From positions 360,530,001 to 360,594,000 of the forward strand of contig OZ024741.1 in NCBI GenBank assembly GCA_964016885.1: a stretch of DNA of 64,000 nt. The letters are read 5' to 3'. How positions within the stretch are numbered: position 1 is the stretch's first letter; each line of letters opens with the position of its first letter. Under the pieces are notes generated by a model. That model had not been told where the DNA came from. It did not search any database and saw nothing but the letters and a program-made list of their open reading frames with translations. A program made the translations under genes and the position numbers. Positions 30,238 to 42,405 of this stretch are shown piece after piece. This stretch comes from Eledone cirrhosa. Lineage: Eukaryota.

Positions 30238-30890
30238 ATTATATAGTAAACAAAGGATATACATTTAAAACTGTCTCTCTTCTTTAGCAGAATGGCTCGA
30301 CGTTGCACGGGATTCTAAACATAGATTGGCATGTTTATCCCTCCTTTCTGAAACAGTACAGAGAAGTACGGAATACTTCGACCTCGAGATGGTGCCTACA
30401 TTTTGTGCTTATAAAAAAAATTCGTCGTAGATTATCAGGGGTTTTTTCCGTGCGAAGAAAATCAATACTTTATCGCGAAATAAATACTTTTGTTTATATT
30501 TTGTTATTGTGTATGCAAAAATATCTGTACACGGATATATAATTATATATATATATATATATATTAAAATAACAGATTAAAGTTTAAGCAAAGAATCGCT
30601 GCTTTCATCCTTAACGGGATCTTCTGAAACTAAAAAAAAACAATCTGTGAACGCAGAAGTAAATATTTCGAAAAACATTACACACTATATATATATACAC
30701 ACATCATATATACATATATACACACACACATGCACATATTAGTTTAGTCTCATTCATTGGTAAAATTTATAAGATAGGTCTTCTCCATTTCACTTTACAC
30801 CTCCGAGACAAGATGTTGCTACCTAATTGACACTCTCGACCATACCTAAATATGGAATGATACGCGATGCCTCCCCCCTTCCCACACACA

Positions 30891-32419
30891 CACAGCCCCG
30901 GCGGTCAGAATGGAGACAGCGTTTCCCCGGAGGACGGCAAGGGAGACGCGCTGGAAAATCCACTCCAACTCGCGGGGCTCACATCTGCGGATGGCCAGCT
31001 CAGCGCCTATGGTGGTGAGTAGGGAGGTAGCCCTAGGGCCGAGGACACCAGAAGTATCCACTGCCAGGGGTACAATCGCAAACCTGTCGGAGAGAGACCG
31101 GTATTTGAGGAGTTTAACCTCCTCAGCCTGACGTGCAGTAGAACCCGGGTTAGTCGCAGATTGCATCAGGTTGCGGCTGCAGAAAGTGTTGGTGCAAGTG
31201 GCATCCCAGACGAGGGGTTTGCCACCGCGGAACAGCAAGATTGTCATGCCATCTGGTCTTTTGCTGTCCTCTCGGTCCAGTCCCACCGGCTCGAGCTGGG
31301 AAGGGAAGCCTGCAGCGTCCAAGCCATGCTTTATGATCTCGTTGAGGGCAGCATGGCGTGGAAGGCGGCCGGCACTGTGGTGAAAGGAAAGCGGATGGAG
31401 GCTGAAAGAGTCCACGGTGGATCCGCAGCGACATTGGTGTGACTCGCAGATCCGGAGGCCGAGCCTCAAGGAAACACCGATGCGCAAGCTATTGTTGTCT
31501 AGCTGCGTGCCAGTGGAGAAGGAGAGCAGGGCATGGAGCCAAGGCCGCCATACCTGACAGGTAAAGTGGCCTGTTGCCATCCAATGTCGTCAAGCTTGAC
31601 GTTGCATATCTCCTCGGCTGCTGCTCGGATACAAGTATCGAGGTCAGCGAGGAGAGATGTTTGGGTGTAACACGGAGCGCTGCGAAGGGTATAGAGGAGC
31701 TTCGGCATGTCGAAGAAGTTCCTCAACAGAAAGAGGGCTGAGTGGCCGTCGGTCAAGCCCAATCGGCTCGTGAGAGTCTGGAGTTGTTGAAGCTAGGACC
31801 TGATGGCGGAACGGATGGTCGGCGGGTGGATCGGTGACCCGAGGATGATGACATCCTCTTTGAGGGTCACCTGTACCTGGTGGAGAATGGACCGCACGTC
31901 CGAGACGGAGGCTGCAAAGCTCTCAGCATCGTGTCTGACATTCACCACCTCCGACTTGGCCGAGTTGACCTGGAGGCCGATTCCCGTCAGGGCAGGAACC
32001 ACCGATTGTAGGTCATGGCAGACAGTCTGTACGGGCCCGCCCAACATAGCATCATCCAGATACCAAACATTGAGAGGGGCTGTGATACTCCGGGCGATGT
32101 GCTCTATACCAAGGGCAAATAGGAGGGACCCTAAAGGCTCGCCCTGTTGGACCCCAGTGGCCGAAGGTCTGATCGTATCAGCAGCAAGGAGCATGCTCGG
32201 GGCTCCATACGACAGGTAGGCCAGCGGGTAGGCAGAGGGGGCTCGGCTGAGGCAGGCATCGAGCAGATGGTCCCGGCGTGAGCAATTGAAGGCATTCCTC
32301 ATGTCAAGCTTGACAATGAGGTGCCTGGAGTCCCTGGATGCCGGTCCCGGTTGGCAGCTGTTGAAGAACTGCCTGGTTGCATGTGCGGCCCCCTCACAGC
32401 CACCGGACACGCCGACACC
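30891..32419 (-). mobile_element. CRE-clade non-LTR retrotransposon fragment with RT and restriction-like endonuclease
   Basis: GVGVSGGCEGAAH, KLDMRNAFN, GVQQGEPLG and WYLDD (RT). CRCG knuckle, RHAALN, KRPDG, LVWDATC and VLRGNA (RLE domain). Contains a stop, a frameshift and an internal deletion. Confidence 0.88.
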
Positions 32420-32519
32420 TATAGCGTCATAATGTCGTAATGCAGACAGATATTATAAGGGCGCAACGTTATATCTATGTATCTATCTAAAAAGAAAGAC
32501 TAAGAATTATAGAGAGAGA

Positions 32520-32690
32520 TCGCTAAATCGTCTAATGCGGTCCCTAAGGCATTGAAAATTTGAAATATTCTTTGCTCAAAACACTCACAGGACCATAAGT
32601 ATTACATGTGTAAAGTTTGAAAACAATCGGTTGGGTGGTTCTCGAGTCTTAGGGAGTCAGACAGACAGACAGACATTCTCTGTTTTAGAT
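32520..32690 (-). mobile_element. Helitron/HINE-like terminal fragment
   Basis: Minus strand TCTAAAACAGAGAA(TGTC)n...AACCACCCAACCGATTGTTTTCAAACTTTACAC follows the layout of non-autonomous Helitron/Helentron ends. Confidence 0.5.
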
Positions 32691-32749
32691 ATATATATAT
32701 ATGGATAGGAAAACTTGAACCGTTAAGGTTAAATTTATAAAACACTTCG

Positions 32750-32810
32750 TATTTTATCTGATGAAAGCGTACCAAAGTTTTGGTACCTTTGAAATATATA
32801 TAATAGAATA
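32750..32810 (+). ncRNA. Type I hammerhead ribozyme motif (Penelope-type pseudo-LTR fragment 32702-32949)
   Basis: UAUUUUAU-CUGAUGA-aagcGUACCAAaguuUUGGUACcuuu-GAAA-UAUAUA-UA-AUAGAAUA. 8-bp stem I, strong stem II, palindromic stem III, intact core. Confidence 0.75.
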
Positions 32811-32946
32811 AATATGGTTTTATAAATATAGTTTCCATTTATTTAATATCATTGTATATTATACTCCAGAAAACTTGTCGAGTGCTCTGAATCAGTTATA
32901 AACATTTATATTTGTTGAATTACCAACAAATTGAATGTCGCTTCTG

Positions 32947-32999
<53 letters not shown>

Positions 33000-33238
33000 G
33001 AGATTATCTCAAACATAACGTATATAATTTTAAATGTAATATGTGTGTGTGTTAATTTTTTATGGCTATTGGTGAGCTTTCTTTCTCTAAAGTTTCACCT
33101 GCACACTCACATGATCACCAGTCTTGTCTGGTGAGTATATAGATGAGACTCCTGAGTAACAAAGCTTAGCCATAATAAATGAATATTTCAACTTTACTTC
33201 GGTATTGAATTTTCATTCCTAAGTCCATAATAATTCAC

Positions 33239-33661
33239 GTACTCTCAGGTCTTGAATAATTCTTCCTACCCCACGCTTATTAATTTGTCAGATTTCTCCC
33301 CCTAGCCGATTTTTATTCGATCTCCACCCCACCCCCGCTTATAAAATGTTTACTATTCTATCTCCGGCGAAATTTTATTCTAAGTGATTCATATTGATAC
33401 AGCAGCTGGATAATCTAATAATTGTTTCTACTTTTGGCACAAGGCCAGGAATTACCCCAGTGCATTACTGGTACTTTATTTTATCGACCCCGTAAGGATG
33501 AAAGAATTTTATTTTACATTTAAAAATCATTATATATGACAAAAGAAGAACATTACAAGAAATCCCATATTTACGAACGTACACTATACAGTTACTGGTT
33601 TCCCAAGCCCCCCCCCCCCCCCATTATTGCCACCCCTCCTATTATTTGGTACCCGAGAGTG
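33239..33661. mobile_element. Possible MITE carrying a family A SINE fragment (33419-33504, minus)
   Basis: Imperfect inverted termini gtactctcaggtcttgaataat / attatttggtacccgagagt. Confidence 0.4.
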
Positions 33662-33669
33662 CCACCAAA

Positions 33670-34760
33670 CTTTCCCCGTCTCTATGTCAATCACACAAAA
33701 CTCTCTTTTAATCCCCCTCCCTGTATCTACTAAAAACCAAACTCTACTCCTTTCTATTTCTACCACGATACCGTCTCTCTTATCCCACTCTCTATATCTA
33801 AGACTAATACACTCTCTCACTCTCTATAAATATCTATACTTATCTCTCCCAGTCACCCCTAAACTCTCCCCCTCTCTAATTCTACTACACAGCACTCTCC
33901 ATTATTCCTCTCTGTATATCTACAACCACTAAATTCTATCCCTCTCTATATCTAATGCACGGAACTCTCTTCTAATACCCCTCTCTAAATCAATTAACAC
34001 CAAACTATCCCCCTCTGTATATCTACTACACGGAACTCTCTTCCAATCCCCCTTTCTATATTAATTACAACCAAACTCTCTCCCTCTCTATATCTACTAC
34101 ACGGAACTCTCTTCCAATCCCCCCTCTCTATATCTACTACATGGAACTCTCTATATTTATCAATACCTATCCCTATCAATCCTCTCACTCTATTCATTAA
34201 CACCAAACTCTCCTCCTCTCAACATGAACCATACAACACTCTCTCCCAATCCCCCTCTATATCAATTAACACAACCCCCCTCTCTATATCTACTACATGA
34301 AACTCTCTTCTAATCCCCCTCTCTATATCTATGAGGACCAAACTCTCCCCCTCTCTATATCAACAACACAGAACTCTCTTCCAATACTCATCTTTATATC
34401 AAATAATCCCAAACTCTTCCCCCTCGCTATATCTACTATACCGAACTCTCTTCCAATACCCCTCTCTATATCAATTAACACCAAACTCTCCCCTTTCTAT
34501 ATCTACTACAGTATACTCTCTTCCACTCCCCCTCTCTATATCAATTAGCCCCAAACATTCCCCCTCTATATATCTATTACACGGAACTCTCTTCCAATAC
34601 CCCTCTATATATCAATAAATATCAACCTCTCCCCCTCTCTATATCTATCAATACCTATCACTAGCAATCCTCTCACTCTATTCACTACCAACAAACTCTT
34701 CCTCTCTCTACATCAACCATACAACACTCTCTCCCAATCCCCCCTCTATATCAATTACCA
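33670..34760. repeat. CT-rich minisatellite, ~70-bp unit (aactctccccctctctatatctactacacggaactctcttccaatcccc..atcaattaacacc)
   Basis: Many diverged tandem units. The array resumes at 40461-40535, after the LINE. Confidence 0.9.
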
Positions 34761-34955
34761 CTTGATATAGACGTGATTTACTTTGCTCCGGATTTTTACG
34801 GATTGTTGTAAAAAAAACTGAGTTTATTGATCAATTTAATAACATTGTTTGGTTTAGCCCCTTGCCTTGGCCGTCAGACGTTAAGTCAACAAATTTTCGC
34901 CCCTTTCTGGGGCGAAATTTTCAATTTTCATCTAAAAACTGTAGACTTGGTGGCA

Positions 34956-36719
34956 ATGGATGCCATTTCCACCTCGCACACTGTCGTGAGTGCCACGCCC
35001 ACTAAGAAAAGTGGTGGAGGGAAGGTAGGAGTACAAAGCTTGCAGCCGTCCCCCCTCGTATCATCGAAAAACGTGGAAAATATCGAAACCGCGAAACCAA
35101 ACCCGGTAAATAATACCAGCACCAACAACAAGAACAATGACAACAACACCACAACCAACAACTGCAACAATATCAACACCAATATTACCAACAGTGACAG
35201 TAACACGAAAGACAACAACACCAAAACAACATTTGCACAGACCGTAAAAAAAAAAACGAACTATACACGCCAATAGACATAACAAATGCTAAACAACTAT
35301 TACAAGACGCAAAACAATTCGTGACTTTTGGCGAAAACGGTGCTTTTAGCATCAATTCTCCACAGGAATTACGTAGAGAGGCTGTCCTGAAAACTGTGGT
35401 TTTCAGGACAATATCGAGCGTAACAAGAAAACCAGCTCAATTATCACAAAATGAAATTATCCTGGTTCTAAAAGACGCAATGAAGGACTTAACCTTCATA
35501 CAAAAAGGTAAACTGTTTGGTAGCATTTCGGTGCTGATGAACAACCAGTCAACAGCTCAAAAGTATTCGATAGCACCCATTGTGTGCCCCCCGCTTCAAC
35601 TTTTACCCCCACATACAGGGGAAAAAGGACACAAAGAATAAAAATAATGAGTATCACACCAAATGTAAACATTTGGTGGATACTATGTGGAATAATAAAC
35701 TTTGACGAAGACAAGATAATTTCGGAGGTGTATTTGGTGGGACCACCGTAGAAGTTCTGGTGCAAATGAGCCCAGAACGAATAGCGAATATCCCACAACG
35801 CGTGCCTCTGGACGAGATAACTTATATAAACATTTCAGTGGAGGGAAGGCGGCCGTCATGTTACCACTGCTTAAGCAGGGGTCACCTGAGGGCTGCCTGT
35901 CCTCAATTAACGAGTAAAAAAAAAAAGGCTCTTCTGCCAACCCCGAACACAACAACACAACCACCACCACCACCACCACAACAACAACAACAACAACAAC
36001 AACACGGAAAAATAACAACACAAAACACTGTTCTATCCAACCCCTCCCAACCTAAAACAAATACAAAAGCAACCACAACAAAACCCCAAAATATACCCCT
36101 CCCCAACAACACGGAAGAGGACTCTGTATCAACGTCACCCAGTGACGACGAGGGAGAACCCTTTCAAAAGGTGAAAAGAAAAAAAAAAAGGCACCACATT
36201 AACAAAAATGCCACAAACACACAACCACCAGCACAAACAGAACAAACATCACAAATAAAAAAAACCACCCCTCCCCAAAACATAACACGTACTACAAAAC
36301 GCAAACACGCGCAAGAACAACAAACAAAAACAAACACAACACAACAAAAACTCTATACATACATTAACAAGAACAATAAAACGTTGATGAAAGCTATAGA
36401 AAATAACCCTTCGGTGGAAACCGAAGGGATCACTTTCACCTACGCAGCGAACAAACCGCACCTAATGATGATTAGGGTCCCAACGGAAACCTATGTAACT
36501 TTGAAAAAGAACCATCCAATGCATGTGGGGACCAACTGCACCAAACCACATAACAGCGTCCTATTGAGATGTTTCCCCACCCCCACACCAGACACCCATA
36601 CCCCACCAAACACCCTAATCCCACCACACACTGATGTCCTCACCCCACCACAAACCACCACCCCACCAAACAACCCTTCCAACACCCCCATGGAAATTGT
36701 GCAGCCTGGCCCCCAGTAG
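34956..36719 (+). pseudogene. LINE ORF1 (CCHC zinc-knuckle protein), frameshifted
   Basis: ATG at 34956. CYHCLSRGHLRAAC knuckle and low-complexity N/T/Q/P tracts. At least three frameshifts (A-run ~35250, C-run ~35608, and ~35735). Confidence 0.8.
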
Positions 36720-36773
36720 ACGAAGAGGTAAGTAATTTCCTTTCCTCTTCCTTTTTACCTCTTCAGCACCAAC

Positions 36774-39700
36774 ATGGCCAATATAAGAGTTGGATGTGTG
36801 AATGCACGCGGCTTGGGGATGTCCTGGAAACAGGGCAAACTCTTAAATGACCTCAGGTCGCACAGAGTGGATGTAATGGTTATTTGCGAGTCCAGGATCA
36901 GCAGCGAGCGCCAACTGGCCCCCATCTTCGACGACTTTGAGATCTACGCATCTCTCTGTCAGCCGAGGGGTGGGGGTGGGGTTGTCGTTCTGCTGCGAAA
37001 ATACCTGGGTCTTGCCACACAGAAGGTACACCTGGACCCGGAGGGTCGACTGGTGGTTTTAGACGTCGGCAGTGGTGAAGGTGGAGCTTTCAGGCTGGTG
37101 GCAGCGTATGCCCCATCGGGGACACCGTGACCAGACTTCTTCCAACGCCTGGAGAATTTCCTGGGAACGTCTCGCTCCTTGCTTTTAGTGGGGGATTCGA
37201 ATGGTATCCTGGATGCACGTTGGGACTATGTAGGGGCATGTCCCGATAGAGGGGGGTGTAACAGCCTCAAACGATTAATCGGCCGATTTGATCTGGCCGA
37301 TAGATATCGACTGGATTTTCCGACTGTGCCACGGTGGACGTGGAGTAATCGCAGTGGAACATCCAGGTCGTACCTAGATAGGTTCCTAGTTAGAAATAAG
37401 GATAGGGACATATTAAGCTGTCCACGAATGTTCATGGTTGACTATTCGGATCACAAGTTGTTGACCGGAGTGGTCAACCTTGATAGAACTCATAGACAGG
37501 GACCCGGTTACTGGAAGCTAAACTTGTCTTTACCGACAAACAAAGCTTACAGTAAGCGGATTAGCACACTAGTTAAGCAGCGTTTTACGGGGGCAATTGT
37601 CAACAACAGGTGGTGGGGCTCTCTCAAGAGAGAAATTAGAATAGAATCGATAGGTTTTAGTCGGGAATTAGCATCAGATAGGAATAGAACTGAAAGGGAA
37701 TTAACAAATAGAGTAGAAGAGGCGATTAGGAGTGGCAACGTGGCCGGCGTGCTGGCGTCAAGAACGGCCCTAGACCAGTTCTTTGATGCGAAGCACGAGG
37801 GCTGCGTTGTCAGGAGTAAAATACGTGCTCTGGGTAACGAGGGAGCCAATGCTGTTAGCTGGGCCCGAGTGACAGAGGCAAAAAGTGGAAACAAGTCCAC
37901 GATTCGGTCTTTGAAGGACCAGGATGGACGCGTGATCCTTGAACCTGAGCGGATGAGCGCGGCCTTTCAACGGCGCTTTGCACGACTGTTCGGGAGGGGC
38001 GGCGGGCCGGCTGGGGCCATGGATTTCGGTCCATACCTCGAAGGTCTGGCGCGGCTCTCGGACGGGGAGGCGAAGTCCTGCGAGAGGCCGATTTCAGCCG
38101 CTGAAATAGTGGAAGCGCTGAGCCAATGCGGCAAACGCAAATCTCCGGGTCTCGATGGTCTACCATACGAACTTTATGTAGCGATGCCGGGCTTGTTCTC
38201 CGGTCTCCTCGAGGCGGTCTACTGCAACTGGCAACAGAACGGGAGAATTCCCAGTTCTGTGACCAAGGGCGTAGTCACGCTGGTGAGGAAGGACGAGAAC
38301 AAGGGGGATGACATAGATAACTTCAGGCCCATAACTCTGCTAAACACAGAGTTAAAGATTTTGGCCAAGGTGTTAGCGAAGAGGTTGGCGCTTGTCGTCG
38401 GGAACCTGGTGGGAGAAGCGCAGACATGCGCAATCCCGTCCAGGTCTATACACGACAACCTCCACCTCATGCGATACATCGTAGAGAGGGTAGGGAACGA
38501 ACCCGGCTTTGGTGGGGCCCTGATCAACTTGGATCAATCTAAAGCGTTCGATAGGGTTGACCATCGGTACCTGGATGCGGTGCTCGCGGCGGCAGGCTTC
38601 GGACCCGTTTTCAGGGGCTGGATTGCTGCAATGCACAGCAGCAACACCTGCTCGAGGGTCAAGGTGAACGGCTACCTCTCGGAGCCGTTCCAAATCACGC
38701 GATCCATTCGACAGGGATGCTCTCTCTCCTCCCTCCTGTATGTGCTGGCTCTCGAGCCACTACTGAGGAAGCTGGAGCTGTTGCAGGGCATCCCCTTGGA
38801 ACTGGGATTGCGGAAAGCGGTGTCGGCCTACGCTGATGACGTGACAGTAATGGTGTCGTGCGCCTCGGAAATCGCGCAGATCGGCACCTTACTGGAGGAA
38901 TATGAAAGGTTCACAGGAGCCAAGCTGAACCAGGACAAGTCCGTCGGTTTGCAACTCGGGACGTGGAGGGGCAAAACGATGCCCTCCGACGGCATCGTCG
39001 GACGCTGGACGGAGGGACCGGTGAAGCTGCTCGGGGTCTGGTTCGGACCGGACCTCCAGGTGGAGAAAAACTGGGACGAGGTAACGGGCAAGGTGTTTGC
39101 ACTCGCCCAGAAGTGGGCCGAGTGCAAACTATCCCTGAAAGGTCGAGCGGAGGTGGCGAACGCTTATATAGCGTCCGTCATCTACTACCGCTTGACCGTC
39201 GTGCCTTGCCCAGAGAAAACACTCGCCAAAATGGAGCGCGCGCTCTTCCGATTTCTTTAGAAGAAGCGAGCTCCTTTGGTGAGAAGATCCATCTGCTGTC
39301 AACACCCTTCGAACGGAGGGCTGGGGATGCCGTGGCTGACGATGCGTAGACACGCATTAAGGCTACGGCACCTCCAGGTATTCCTCACCGGTCAGCCGGT
39401 GTGGGCCCTGTTTGTGAGGCGAGCCTTTCCGAGACTCGTCTCACTCACCGAGCTGCAATCCTGGGTCAAGCAAAGACCGAGAAAAGTGGGCGACTGGCAC
39501 ATTGAATGTGCCCAGGCGCTCACGGCCCTCTGGCAAGCGGATCCGGTAATCAGTGGAGACTCAACCTCAACATTCTATAGAGGGTTGATGCGCAGTAAGT
39601 GCGACGACGCTCTCGGAGAGGCTCTGGGCATGGAGGAAGACGAGCTGGCCAGTCTGTTCGGTAGGACGTTTGGCTCGGGACCGATGGACAACTTCCAAAA

Positions 39701-40211
39701 GTCCCTGGCTTGGCAATGTTACCGAGGAGCTCTACCCGTTCGGGGCAAGCTCTACAGACACGGGCGCCCGAGTAGGGACCCCTCGAAGAAGATCTGTCCA
39801 AGATGCGTGCGTGACGAGGAAACCGTCGCACACGCATTCGTACACTGCCCGGGCGTTGCTGACCTGTGGGGCTATGTAGAACGACTACTGTCGCGGGTGG
39901 GACCAATCCGGTTGACCACCGAGAACATTGTCACAATCAAACCGCCTCCCCCTTTCAAAAACGAAGGAGAGGCGGTTTTCCTCTGTGTGATAGCCATGGC
40001 GAAAGAAGTTGTATGGTGGACAAGGTTGAAAGGGCTGAGGTCAGACACCTATCTCTCCGGCCAACAACTGGTCTTTTTTTTCAAGTACCACTTTAGAAGA
40101 AGGATCAGAATGGAGAGAGAGGTGCTCTACCCCAGCAAGTTTTATGAAAGATGGGTGAAAGTAGCGAGAATGGCCCGAGTGAATGGGCCTTCTCTCTATA
40201 TCAGCCTGTAG
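36774..40211 (+). pseudogene. LINE ORF2 (APE endonuclease, reverse transcriptase, C-terminal zinc finger) with two in-frame stops
   Basis: The three listed ORFs share one frame, split by TGA 37128-37130 and TAG 39258-39260. Motifs: VNARG, ICES, GDSN, YLDR, SDH; KSPGLDG, RPITLLN, LDQSKAFDRVDH, RQGC, YADD; CPRC..ETVAHAFVHC. Confidence 0.93.
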
Positions 40212-41087
40212 GTGAGAGAGGAGAAGAATGAGAAGAGGAAGGAAGCACCCGCTCTTTGTGCTCCTGAAGAGGAGGGTTGCACATTTTTTCGGGGGTGTGT
40301 GCGACCCATGCCAACGCCCCTCCCTATTGAGGACATCGATTGTTAAATTTAATTTGTTATGTTTTTTACACGTCTTTTTAAATGTATGTAAACTCCCCCC
40401 TTTGTATTTGTCCCAATCTTTGATGCCCTGGTGGCAAATAAATAGAAATATATATTTAATATACAACACTCTCCCAACCTTCCTCTCTCTATCAATTACC
40501 ACAAAACTCTCCCCCTCTCTATATCTATATCTCCTATCTGTCTCTACATAACATGTACATAAATTGTAGCGCATATACAAATAGATGTGTGTTTTGGTAG
40601 TTTGGGGAGTACCAACATAAATACGATCGACTGTATCAAGTCAGCGCCCCAGCATGGCCACAATCTAATGACTGGAATCAGTAAAAAAAATTAATGAATA
40701 TAAATGCATGCCTGTGTGTGCGCACATACACACACACACACCATATATTTTTGTTTTTGCTGGCTGAACATGAAAACAGCTAACGATTTTCTTCGAGAAA
40801 TGTGTTGTTTACGTTAGGTAATTTATTCTACGAATGGCTGAAAGACACACATAATATCTTTTCACAATTTGTTTATGAAAGAATGGTAATGCATGCATTA
40901 TCGTCATCAATATCCAAAACCTGAATTTTCCTCTACATACTAGCAGATATAAGTGTAATTGCTTATACCGAGATAATGTATTTTTTGTGTGATTTCTAAC
41001 CCTCGCTGGTCTTCAATCTTCTCCCTGTATCAAACCTTGTTGTTATATCTATTTAATTATAACCAAGAGGCAGCATTACTACAATTC

Positions 41088-41230
41088 CAGACCTGCCAAC
41101 CTCTAAAAACCCAAACTGGAAGTACCGTGCTCCAAAACGGGGAGAAATGAGGCAAAATAGGAAGATTTTACATAATGAACGAAATGGGTGGGAGATCTTC
41201 CCGTCTGACGGGGAGAGTTGACAGGTTTAC
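41088..41230. mobile_element. Short MITE (hAT-like)
   Basis: Inverted termini cagacctgccaac / gttgacaggttta. Confidence 0.45.
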
Positions 41231-41509
41231 AATTCAGTACCCCACCGCTACAACCAACTTTGTTTATTCATAAATTTCTAAATAATGTATATTTAATTTT
41301 TAATGAAAATTTCCAGTGTTTCAGTTTCCATGATGTAGATTACGATTATGTTGATGAAAGTAAAAAAAAAAAAAAAATGAATATTAATTACATTAAAAAA
41401 TATATTCTTTCATTGTTGTTAATACTTTCATTTGTGTTTGTAGCAGCAGGTTAAATGTAAACACAAAATGTTTACCCTTATGCCTTGTTGGTAATAATAT
41501 CAATCAGGA

Positions 41510-41701
41510 TAATTGTTTCTACTTTTGGCACCAGGCCAGTAATTATCCCAATGCATTACTGATGCTGTATTTTATCGATCCCGTAAAGATGAAAAGCAAA
41601 GTTAACCTCGGCGGGATTTGAACTCAGATGGTAAAGGGGCATAACTCTATGCTGCAAAGCATGGCGTCCGACCCTCTACCAATACTGCCAATCTACCGCC
41701 C
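41510..41701 (-). mobile_element. Family A SINE with target-site duplication
   Basis: Full copy, flanked by tatcaatc(a/g)ggataat on both sides. Confidence 0.9.
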
Positions 41702-42022
41702 TATCAATCGGGATAATGCCATAGAGTTTGTACAGGAATGCAGTGTTTAATCTACAACTTAGAATTGCATAGAAACGAAAATTAAAAAAATAAAAATTCT
41801 TTAATATTTCATCAACATATTTTTCATGATCAACACTTTCGAAAATATATCTCTGCAAAATCTTATTAAAAAATATAGCAGAGTTGTTTGAGCATCGGGC
41901 TCTTTACGTTCTGAGTTCAAATCTCATCAAATTTAACCATTTTTTTTTATTCTTCCGAGGTTAACAAAATAAAATACCAGTTAGGTATAAGGTCGATATA
42001 ATTGACTTACTCACCCACACAC

Positions 42023-42059
<37 letters not shown>

Positions 42060-42220
42060 CTGGCATTGTGGTAAAATTAGAAACCTTTATTTAGAACATT
42101 ATGAGGAAACAAAGTCGAAGTAGGAGTGCACTAAACTGTGATTCTGCCCAAGAGTTAATGGTGAGGGAAATGAGAACTTGTTTAGCAGAAAGATAATATT
42201 ATGCCGTGTTGGCATAATAT

Positions 42221-42405
42221 TAATTGTTTCTACTTTAGGCACAAGGCCAGCAATTACCCAGTGCATTACTGGTACTTTATTTTATCGACCCCGTAAGGAT
42301 GAAAGGCAAAGTCAACCTCGGCGGGATTTGAACTCAGATCGTAAAGGGACGTAACTATGCTGAAAGCATGGCGTCCGACCCTCTACCGATACTGCCAATC
42401 CACCG
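42221..42405 (-). mobile_element. Family A SINE
   Basis: Full, consensus-like copy. Confidence 0.92.

Larger units (their letters stand above)
34761..40460 (+). mobile_element. Near full-length Tx1/L1-clade LINE
   Basis: 5' UTR, gag-like ORF1, APE-RT-zinc-finger ORF2, and a 3' UTR with AATAAA and an AT tail. Confidence 0.93.

Noticed and set aside
37226-40580. Antisense and alternate-frame ORFs over the Tx1 ORF2 (likewise over the CRE fragments)
   Set aside because: Shadow ORFs of GC-richer coding sequence with no motifs of their own.
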